From: Eledone cirrhosa
Lineage: Eukaryota
Length of the DNA stretch: 64,000 nt
Reading direction: 5' to 3'
Assembly (NCBI GenBank): GCA_964016885.1
Contig: OZ024740.1
Coordinates: forward strand, 411,618,001-411,682,000
Position 1 is the stretch's first letter, and the number at the start of each line of letters is the position of its first letter. Shown here in pieces: positions 13,118 through 23,118 of this stretch. Below the pieces are notes generated by a model, which searched no databases, was not told where the DNA came from, and saw only the letters and a program-made list of their open reading frames with translations. The translations under genes were made by a program, and so were the position numbers.

Positions 13118-13581
13118 GAATGAATAATAACAAGTAGACATCATAAAAGGTAATTTATTCCGTGTGCTTACAAATGTTTCCACGGTGGTACTACAGCCTA
13201 GTTATGCTATGTGCAAATTTACAAATATTTGCAGAACTAAAAAATCCAATGCTGTGACCACTGTATCCTCATTCTGCTCTGAGGATACAGTGGTCACAGC
13301 ATTGGATATTTGAGTTCTGCAAATACTTGTAAATTTGCACATAGCATAACTAGGCTGTAGTACCACCGTGGAAACATTTGTAAGCACACGGAATAAATTA
13401 CCTTTTATGATGTCTACCTGTTATTATTCATTCTTTATATACACTCTGGAATACAGAAGGATCAGGAACTAAGTTTCTTCAACAATTCTTCCATAACTCG
13501 TAGAGTAACCTCTCACCGTACGTCAACCATATCCAGTGTAGTAATTAACCATTACTACATCTTGGATAATCCTATACCTAA
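13111..13581 (+). mobile_element. (TA)n-flanked fold-back insert carrying a hammerhead ribozyme
   Basis: Arms about 13115-13271 and 13280-13438 with an 8-nt loop, plus a ~140 bp tail. Confidence 0.85.
13275..13386 (+). ncRNA. Type I hammerhead ribozyme (minimal stem III, long stem II insertion)
   Basis: tgct-CTGAGGA-tacagtggt...accaccgtg-GAA-AC attt GT-A-agca. Stems I, II and III pair; GUA cleavage triplet. Confidence 0.8.
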
Positions 13582-13636
13582 TATATATATATATATATAT
13601 ATATATAAGTGGTTACACAACAGTTAGTTCTCCATA

Positions 13637-13676
13637 CCGAGAACAATTGTTTCACCTTCGCGGATCTTCAGCTCGG
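13637..13676 (-). ncRNA. Minimal type I hammerhead ribozyme in a ~100 bp (TA)n-flanked insert (13608-13707)
   Basis: ccgag-CTGAAGA-tccgcgaaggt-GAA-ACAATTGT-T-ctcgg: 5-bp stem I and palindromic stem III. Confidence 0.8.
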
Positions 13677-13815
13677 GATGTGTATGGTTACAGGAACAGG
13701 AAGGACATATATATATATTTATATATATGTATGAATGTGGAATTCAGTAGATACGTGATTCTACTGTTCAATGTATAAATGTATGTAAGTTTTTTGAAAT
13801 GTTGGATCTCACTCA

Positions 13816-13858
<43 letters not shown>

Positions 13859-14114
13859 CCACGATAAATTAACGGAGACATAGGCCGTCGTTATACCCTG
13901 TAAATAATGTGCTCAAAGGGGAAGAGATCCTGAGCCCTTTAAAATATAATATGTTGAGAAGGTAACACACCAGAGAGAGATATATAGTGCGCTATCAATA
14001 ATACAGGGAAAAAACCACCAGTGTATGGAATCTATAACCTATGAAAGGCAGACTATAGACACGATAATTAAAAATATAAATTAAAGCGTAAATAAATACC
14101 TCTATAACTATATA

Positions 14115-14196
14115 ACACACGTACAAATCCAAAGATATGTTTCACCAAAAAAATTTGTTGAAAGAAATGGTCTAGTCTCGGTTCATCAGCGTGTGT
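14115..14196 (-). ncRNA. Type I hammerhead ribozyme, repeat copy 1
   Basis: acacacg-CTGATGA-accgaga...ttttggt-GAA-acatatc tttg gatttgt-A-cgtgtgt. Canonical core, three paired stems, GUA site between 14122 and 14121. Confidence 0.88.
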
Positions 14197-14656
14197 AAGG
14201 CCATACATTTCAGACAACACTAAGAGAATTTTACAATTGACTGTCCAGCTATACGTGGGAGAGAGAAGTCACAGCGTGTTTAAGGGCAGTGAACCAGTGG
14301 CCTCTGAGAGACGAACTGCTAGAAAGGGCAGCCCAAAGCCACTCAGAGAAGTGTGCTCAACCAAACAGAGATAGGAAAGACTCTTATTAGGAGCGAAATA
14401 TCACGATAAATTAACGGAGGCATAGGCCGTCGTTATTCCCTGTAAATAATGTGCTCAAAGGGGAAGAGATCCTGAGCCCTTTAAAATATAATATGTTGAG
14501 AAGGTAACACACCAGAGAGAGATATATAGTGCGCTATCAATAATACAGGGAAAAAACCACCAGTGTATGGAATCTATAACCTATGAAAGGCAGACTATAG
14601 ACACGATAATTAAAAATATAAATTAAAGCGTAAATAAATACCTCTATAACTATATA

Positions 14657-14738
14657 ACACACGTACAAATCCAAAGATATGTTTCACCAAAAAAATTTGT
14701 TGAAAGAAATGGTCTAGTCTCGGTTCATCAGCGTGTGT
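14657..14738 (-). ncRNA. Type I hammerhead ribozyme, repeat copy 2
   Basis: Same motif as 14115-14196, offset by 542 bp. Confidence 0.88.
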
Positions 14739-15321
14739 AAGGCCATACATTTCAGACAACACTAAGAGAATTTTACAATTGACTGTCCAGCTACACGTGG
14801 GAGAGAGAAGTCACAGCGTCTTTAAGGGCAGTGAACCAGTGGCCTCTGAGAGACGAACTGCTAGAAAGAGCAGCCCAAAGCCACTCAGAGAAGTGTGCTC
14901 AACCAAACAGAGATAGGAAAGACTCTTATTAGGAGCGAAATATCACGATAAATTAACGGAGGCATAGGCCGTCGTTATTCCCTGTAAATAATGTGCTCAA
15001 AGGGGAAGAGATCCTGAGCCCTTTAAAATATAATATGTTGAGAAGGTAACACACCAGAGAGAGATATATAGTGCGCTATCAATAATACAGGGAAAAAACC
15101 ACCAGTGTATGGAATCTATAACCTATGAAAGGCAGACTATAGACACGATAATTAAAAATATAAATTAAAGCGTAAATAAATACCTCTATAACTATATAAC
15201 ACACGTACAAATCCAAAGATATGTTTCACCAAAAAAAATTTGTTGAAAGAAATGGTCTAGTCTCGGTTCATCATATCTTTGGATTTGTACGTGTGTTATA
15301 TAGTTATAGAGGTATTTATTT

Positions 15322-16639
15322 ACTACACTTATAGATGAAGGTCCGGCGGAACCATCGGTCAAATAAATTTTCAAATAAGTTCTTGTTTTTGATTATGTCA
15401 TCTTCTATATATATAAAACTGAGGTTGTCTGTCTGTCTACTAAAACCTTCGGCACACATCTCCTCTTAAACCGTACGTTCAAATTTCGGTGAAATTGCTA
15501 CACTTATAGATGAAGGTCCGGCGGAACCATCGGTCAAATAAATTTTCAAATAACTTCTTGTTTTTGATTATGTCATCTATATATATAAAACTGAGGTTGT
15601 CTGTCTGTCTACTAAAACCTTCGGCACACATCTCCTCTTAAACCGTACGTTCAAATTTCGGTGAAATTGCTACACTTAAAGATGAAGGTCCGGCGGAACC
15701 ATCGGTCAAATAAATTTTCAAATAAGTTCTTGTTTTTGATTATGTCACCCATATATATAAAACTGTGGTTGTCTGTCTGTCTATCGATTTTTGGCACACA
15801 TCTCCTCTTAGAATCTCTGATGGAATTGCACCGAAATTGCTATACTTATACATTGAGCCCTAGCGAAGACATCGGAAAAAAAATATTTCAAATTGACCCA
15901 CCCTATGTGACGAAATCGAATATAATGTATCGATTTTTGAGCGTAAGTTATCAGTTATTTCCCTTTGTTCTGTTTACATTGAGCGTCTTACGTAAAAAAT
16001 TACGCTGGCTTTCTCAGTGCTTAAAATGACATTAACGTTGTCGAGCCAGCAAAATATTGACATGCAAAATTCATCAGTTCGAACACTAAGCTTCCGTTTT
16101 GCTTCATTTCCATTTAAAAGCATTTTAAAACAATATTTTTACTTGAAAACAAGTCTATTTAAAGACTACGTAAAACAAGCAAATATTTCGTCGTTAGGCG
16201 TGCAGACAGACAGTCGTGCAGACAGACAGTCGTGCAGACAGACAGTCGTGCAGACAGACAGTCGTGCAGAGAGGTGATATAGGCGTGCAGACAGACAGTC
16301 GTGCAGAGAGGTGATATAGGCGTGCAGACAGACATAACTGATAATTTGGTTACGCTAATGTTTTTCTCTGCGTTGCAGTGTTTACATTTTCGATCTTTGT
16401 TAATAAATAACCAGTGCAGTTTCTATCCCCAGCATCCTCTTTTGTTATAACATTCGGGTTATCGTTATGTTTTCTTAACTTCATAAGGCATATTGTTGGT
16501 TGAGGGAATATTAATCAAAAACACCACATGCAAGTCTGCACAGTAGACACTACAGTTTTTAAGCCAAGAAAGAAACTTAACATTGTAACTTTAACACAGC
16601 TACTGAGAGACCCCGAGCAACGCCGGGCTTTACTGCTAG
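15322..16639 (+). mobile_element. Non-autonomous Helitron with reiterated 172-bp 5' units (copy 1)
   Basis: TCTATATATATAAAA starts at 15404 and 15576, body from about 15748, 16-bp cgtgcagacagacagt minisatellite, 3' hairpin and CTAG ending at 16639. Confidence 0.85.
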
Positions 16640-18159
16640 TCTATATATATAAAATTGAGGTTGTCTGTCTGTCTACTAAAACCTTCGGCACACATCTCCT
16701 CTTAAACCGTACGTTCAAATTTCGGTGAAATTGCTACACTTATAGATGAAGGTCCGGCGGAAGCATCGGTCAATTAAATTTTCAAATAACTTCTTCTTTT
16801 TGATTATGTCATCTATATATATAAAACTGAGGTTGTCTGTCTGTCTACTAAAACCTTCGGCACACATCTCCTCTTAAACCGTACGTTCAAATTTCGGTGA
16901 AATTGCTACACTTATAGATGAAGGTCCGGCGGAACCATCGGTCAAATAAATTTTCAAATAACTTCTTGTTTTTGATTATGTCATCTATATATATAAAACT
17001 GAGGTTGTCTGTCTGTCTACTAAAACCTTCGGCACACATCTCCTCTTAAACCGTACGTTCAAATTTCGGTGTAATTGCTACACTTATAGATGAAGGTCCG
17101 GCGGAACCATCGGTCAAATAAATTTTCAAATAACTTCTTCTTTTTGATTATGTCATCTATATATATAAAACTGAGGTTGTCTGTCTGACTACTAAAATCT
17201 TCGGCACACATCTCCTCTTAAACCGTACGTTCAATTTTCGGTGAAATTGCTACACTTATAGATGAAGGTCCGGCGGAACCATCGGTCAATTACATTTTCA
17301 AATAACTTCTTCTTTTTGATTATGTCATCTATATATATAAAACTGAGGTTGTCTGTCTGTCTACTAAAACCTTCGGCACACATCTCCTCTTAAACCGTAC
17401 GTTCAAATTTCGGTGAAATTGCTACACTTATAGATGAAGGTCCGGCGGAACCATCGGTCAAATAAATTTTCAAATAACTTCTTGTTTTTGATTATGTCAT
17501 CTATATATATAAAGCTGTGGTTGTCTGTCTGTCTATCGATATTTGGCACACATCTCCTCATAGAATCTCTGACGGAATTGCACCGAAATTGCTGTACTTG
17601 TACATTGAGCCCTAGCGAAGACATCGGAAAAAAAAAATTTCAAATTGACCCACCCTATGTGACGAAATCGAATCTAATGTATCGATTTTTGAGCGTAAGT
17701 GACGAGTTATTTCCCTTTGTTCTGTTTACATTGAGCGTCTTACGTTCTGTTTACATTTTCTGCGTGAAAAAATAAAAAAAATTACGCTGGCTTTCTCAGC
17801 GTTTAAAATGACATTAACACAATACACGAACAGTTGTCGAGCCAGCAAAATGTTGACCTGCAAAATTCATCAGTTCGAACACTAAGCTTCCGTTTTGCTT
17901 CATTTCCATTTAAAAGCCTTTTAAAACAATATTTTTACTTGAAAACAAGTCTATTTAAAGACTACGTAAAAGAAGCAAATATTTCGTAAAAAAAAGCAAA
18001 AATTATATAAGTTTATTTAAAATATATGTATCTGTAAATTTCGTTAGGCGTGCAGACAGACAGTCGTGCAGACAGACTTTAAGCCAAAAAAGAAACTTAA
18101 CATTGTAACTTTAACACAGCTACTGAGCGACCCCGAGCAACGCCGGGCTTTACTGCTAG
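16640..18159 (+). mobile_element. Non-autonomous Helitron with five 172-bp 5' units (copy 2), head-to-tail with copy 1
   Basis: Unit starts at 16640, 16812, 16984, 17156 and 17328; body from 17500; hairpin and CTAG ending at 18159. Confidence 0.85.
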
Positions 18160-18170
18160 TATTATATATA

Positions 18171-18290
18171 GTTCAAATCCCGCCGAGGTTAACTTTGCTT
18201 TTCATCCTTACGGGGTCGATAAAATAAAATACCTGTAATAACTGGGATAATTGCTGGCCTTGTGCCAAACGTAGAAACAATTATATATAT
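18171..18290 (+). mobile_element. tRNA SINE, 5'-truncated
   Basis: Begins at the B box gttcaaatccc; family core and 3' end present. Confidence 0.85.
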
Positions 18291-18312
18291 ACATTATATT
18301 ATATATATATAA

Positions 18313-18496
18313 TGTTTCTACGTTTGGCACAAGGCCAGCAATTATTCCAGTACATTACTGGTACTTTATTTTATCGAACCCGTAAGGATGAAAGGCAAAG
18401 TTAACCTTGGCAGGAATTGAACTCTGACAGTAAAGGCATGTAACTATGATGGAAAGCATATCCGACCCTCTACCGAAACTGCCAATTCACCGCCCA
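18313..18496 (-). mobile_element. tRNA SINE, tail-to-tail with the previous copy
   Basis: Reverse complement of the family consensus. Confidence 0.85.
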
Positions 18497-18573
18497 ATTA
18501 TATATATATAATGAAAGTTAGAAGGAATGAACGAGAGCGAGAGAGAGATAGAGATAGAGAGTATGTGTGTGTC

Positions 18574-18646
<73 letters not shown>

Positions 18647-19326
18647 CAGAAATACACCATTCATATATACATACATTGTGTGCGTGTACGTGGGATGAAA
18701 CAGAGTTGGAGACAATTTGAATCTGAATAGACAAATTAGATTGTTAGATGGTACGGCTTGTTATTGGATTACAAATGAATTTTGAATAAATTTTGTTTTG
18801 TTGAACGATTTCTCAAACACTTTGCAGGCCATGGAATATAAATAAAAAAAATGGATATTTTCTAACAGTGATAAATTATTTTGAAGTCTACTAATAAGAA
18901 TAACTAACGGCCAAATCGAAATAATCTTCTCATTACTGTATATTTTTCATTTAAACATTTGTTATTTGTTTTGGGAGTTTCCTTATGGGTTTTACGAGCG
19001 ATTTACTTGTTTACATAAATCTGATATTTTTAATGCGACTCATCTTAACGATACAGGAAGTTTGGCGGCACGGTGGCAAATATAGAATTAAAAAAATCTG
19101 AATCTGCAACGTATATGTCTAAAGATGTGATTCCACAAATCTGATGTAAGTAAAGCTATAGAGAAATGAGCACAGGATAGAAAAGATGATAGATATGAGC
19201 AAAATAGAAACATATTGGTGTATGATACCTAGGAAGTGAGTGTTTATTGATACAATTAAGGTAGACAATTCACACACACACCCTAGACACTCACAAACAC
19301 ACAAATGCATACACATAATAATAATG

Positions 19327-19372
<46 letters not shown>

Positions 19373-19620
19373 TTTCTTTATTAACCACAAGGGTTTACAT
19401 AAAGTAGACATTAAGGACAGTGCAGGACAATACAGGACGGTACAAATGGGCATTTCTGCGTGTAAAAAACAAAAACAGAGGATGTAACAAAAAATAACAA
19501 TGAAAAATTCCCCAATAGGGGGGAGACTTCGGAGGGACATTTGTGGAGAAAGCCCAGTAAAAAGCCACAATGACCCTGACCACCAAGGCAAGTGCCCTCT
19601 CCCAGTTTTCCACCTTTAAT

Positions 19621-22600
19621 TTACAGATATATACTCAGAGTAGGCCCATTCACTCGGGCCATTCTTGCTTCTCTCACCCATCTTTCAACAAAATGCTGGG
19701 AAGAGAGCACTTCCCTCTCTACTCTGATTTTCCTTTTCAAATGAAATTTGAAAAAGTCAATCAGAGCATCACCGAAGAGGTAAGTGCTCGTCTTCAGCCC
19801 TTTCAAACGTGTCCACCATACTATCTCTTTCGCCATGGCCACCAGACAGATAAAAACTGCCTGCCCTTCCCGGCTAAAGGAGGAGGGCAGGGCAATCCTC
19901 ACGATGGACTCAGATGATAGCCGGATCCGTCCTAAACGCGACAGCAGGTGTTCGACATAAACCCACAAGTCAGCAATTTTCGGACACTGGACGAGTGCGT
20001 GCAGGATGGTTTCGTCGCCCTGCGCGCATCTCGGACATGCCCGGTTGACGGCACCTCCATGCCTGTAGAGTTTATCCCGAACTGGCAAGGCTCCTCGGTA
20101 GCACTGCCAGGCCAGAGATTTCTGGAAGTTGTCCATAGGCCCTGGCCCGAAAGTTCTTCCGAAGAGATTGGCTAGTTGATTTTCGTCGACGCCTAGAGTT
20201 CCCCCAAGTACGTCGTCGATCTTCCCCTCCACTAATCCTCTATAGAACGCCGAGGTGGAGTTTCCACCGATCACATTGCCCGATTGGTCGAGGGCTGTGA
20301 GCGCCTGAAGACATTCCAGTCTCCAGGCGCTCCCTCTCGGTCTTCGCTTGACCCAGGACTGCAGCTCCGTCAAGGAAACGAGCTGGAGAAATACGCGTCT
20401 AGCAAACGGCGACCACACCTGATCACCGTCGAGGAAGAGGTGGAGATGTCGTAGCCTGAGCGCGTGCCTGCGCATCATCAGCCACGGCATGCCCAGCCCT
20501 CCACGTAGCGGATGTTGACAACAGATGGACCGCCTGACCATCGGAGCGCGTCCCTTCCACAAAAAGCGAAAGAGCAAACGCTCCAGCGCAGTCAGGCGAG
20601 GCTTAGGACAAGGTACGACGGTCAGGCGGTAGCAGATGACAGACGCGATGTACGCATTAGCCACCTCCGCTCGACCTTTCAGGGATAGCTTCCTCTCCGC
20701 CCATTTCTGGGTGAGAGAAGCCACCCTGCTCGTCACCTCGTCCCAGTTTTTGTCCGTCTGGAGGTCCGAACAGAACCAGACCCCTAGCAATTTAACCGGT
20801 CCGTCCGTCCAGCGTCCGACGACGCTGTTGGACGGCATGGACCTGCCTCTCCAGGTGCCGAGCTGCAGGCCCACTGACTTTTCCTGGTTGATCATTGCTC
20901 CTGTCAACGCTTCGTATTCACTTAGTGTAGTGCCGATCGCCTCGATGTGTTTGGCGTTCGACACCACTACGGTGACATCGTCCGCATATGCTGACACGGA
21001 TCTTCCGCATCCTAGTTCGCGCGGGACGCCCCTCAACGTCTCCAGTTTGTGCAGTAATGGCTCGAGAGTCAATACGTACAAGAGGGACGAGAGGGGACAT
21101 CCTTGGCGGACCAAGCGCATGATGTTGAACGGTTCCGACAGGTGGCCGTTCACTCTCACCACAGAGCAGATGTCGCTGTGCATGGCAGCGATCCAGCCTC
21201 TGAAGACGGGCCCAAAGCCAGCCGCCCCCAGGACTGCCGCTAGGTAACGATGGTCGACCCTATCGAAAGCTTTCGACTGATCTAAATTGATCAAGGAACC
21301 ACCCGTGCCAGGTTCCTTAGCTACTCTCTCTACGATGTATCGCATGAGGTGGAGGTTGTCGTGGATGGATCTGTCGGGAATGGCGCATGTCTGCGCTTCT
21401 CCCACCAGACCACCAACGACAAGCCCAACCTCTTTGCTAGCACCTTGGCCAAAATCTTGAACTCTGTGTTTAGCAGAGTAATGGGCCGGAAATTATCTAT
21501 GTTATCCCCCTTGTTCGGATCCTTTCTCAGCAGTGCCACCGCTCCTCGGCTCACAGAACTGGGAATTCTCCCGTTCTGTTGCCAGTTGCAGTAGACGTCC
21601 GCCAAGAGGCCTCCGAACAAGTCTGGGATCTGTACGTAAAGTTCATAGGGCATACCATCCAAACCAGGCGATTTTCCCCTTGTGCAGCCAGTCATTGCCT
21701 CCCTTACTTCAGTGGCTGTTATCCGCTTTTCGCAACACTTCGCCTCAATTGGCCGAGGGCCGCGGCAGTCCGTCAAGGTAGACACTAAAGTCCATCCCTC
21801 GACCCGGCCCACCGCTGCCCCCGAACAGCTGAGCGAAGTGTCGCTGAAAAGCTTCACACATTTGCCCGGGATCGAATAGCATGCGCCCGTCGTGGTCCAC
21901 CAAACACCGGATCGTGGCTTTGTGGCCACGACGCGCCTCCGCCACTCGGGCTCATTGAACGGGTTTCGTCCCCTCGTGTCTGAGAGCACGCACCCTTGCT
22001 CTGACAACGCAGCCTTCGTGCTTTGCATTGAAGAATTGGTCAAGGGCCAATTTCGCCGCAAGCACGTCGGTCGCAATGCCTTTGCTAAGCACCTCGTCTA
22101 ATTTTCTAACTAGTTCTCCCTCTGCTCTATTTTTCTCTATTGCTAAAGCCTTACTAAACCTAATGGATTCTATTCTAATCGCTCTTTTCAGACCATCCAC
22201 CACTTGTTGTTGACGATGGCCCCCGTCAACGCCCGCTTAACTAGTTCGCTAATCCGGTCTCTGTAGGCCTTGCGCGCTGGTCAGGACGCGTTTAGCTTCC
22301 AGTAGCCGGGTCCTCGTCTATGAAGCCTATCTAAGTCAAGCACACAGATTACGAATTTGTGGTCCGTGTAGCTGACTATCTTGAATTGTGGACAGCCTAT
22401 GCTAGACCTATCTATTTCCCTACAAAATACTCTATCTAGATATGATCTGGATGACCCTATGCGATTTGTCCAAGTCCACATTGGCACATTCGGGAAATCC
22501 AATCGGTACCTGTCAGACAGTTCAAAACGCCTGAGCAGGTTGGTGAGGCTCTTGCACCCTCCACCCCTATCCGCTAATCCCACACAGTCCCAGCGTGCAT

Positions 22601-23039
22601 CTAAGATCCCGTTCCAGTCGCCCACTAACACAAAAGAGCGGGACGTTCCAAGAAAGGTCTCCAGACGCCGGAAGAAATGAGGCCGCCCTGCTCCTGTTGG
22701 GGCATAGACGGCCACTATCCTGAAATCTTGCCCGTCTCCGCTGGTCACGTCCAGCACCACCAGCTTACCCTCTGGGTCCAGGAAGATGGCCCGTATGGCG
22801 AGATCCAAACCTCTCCGAAAAAGCACAGCAACTCCGCTCCCCGATCCAGGACGGCTGGGAGATGCGTACACATCGTAGCCGCCGAAGATCGGTGCGAAGG
22901 CCCGTGCTTCGGAGATTCTGGCCTCGCTGATGGCCACTACATCTATGTTTAGTGACCTGAGGTCGTTGAGCAGGTGACCCTGCTTCCATGACGACCCCAT
23001 GCCACGCGCATTTATGCTGCCTATTCTGAGTGAGGTCAT
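19621..23039 (-). pseudogene. L1/Tx1 ORF2 with stop and frameshifts
   Basis: MTSLRIGSINARG, GDWN, YTDH, KSPGLDG, QGCPLS, YADD and CPRC..H..C are split over ORFs 22281..23039, 21952..22203, 21745..21945, 21330..22076 and 19621..21405. Confidence 0.92.
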
Positions 23040-23118
23040 GTTTAAAATAGAGTGGAAAAGATGAGAAAGACCACTTACCGTACTTTTCGTAGAGGAGGGA
23101 TGGTTTTTACATCCCTTT

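Larger units (their letters stand above)
13859..15321 (-). repeat. Tandem array of a 542-bp non-coding unit (~2.6 copies) ending in a short inverted segment
   Basis: cacgataaattaacggag recurs at about 13860, 14402 and 14944, with near-identical units. 15274-15321 is the reverse complement of about 15174-15221. Left flank is (TA)n. Confidence 0.95.

Noticed and set aside
16640-17500. 172-bp array as a CRISPR or ribozyme array (AGATGAaggtcc..gga..)
   Set aside because: Units are contiguous Helitron 5' repeats. The motif lacks CUGA and GAAA, so at most it is a dead remnant.
20636-21247. Recurrent antisense ORFs (TSARPFRDS...) in several L1 copies
   Set aside because: Shadow frames of the conserved GC-rich RT coding sequence.
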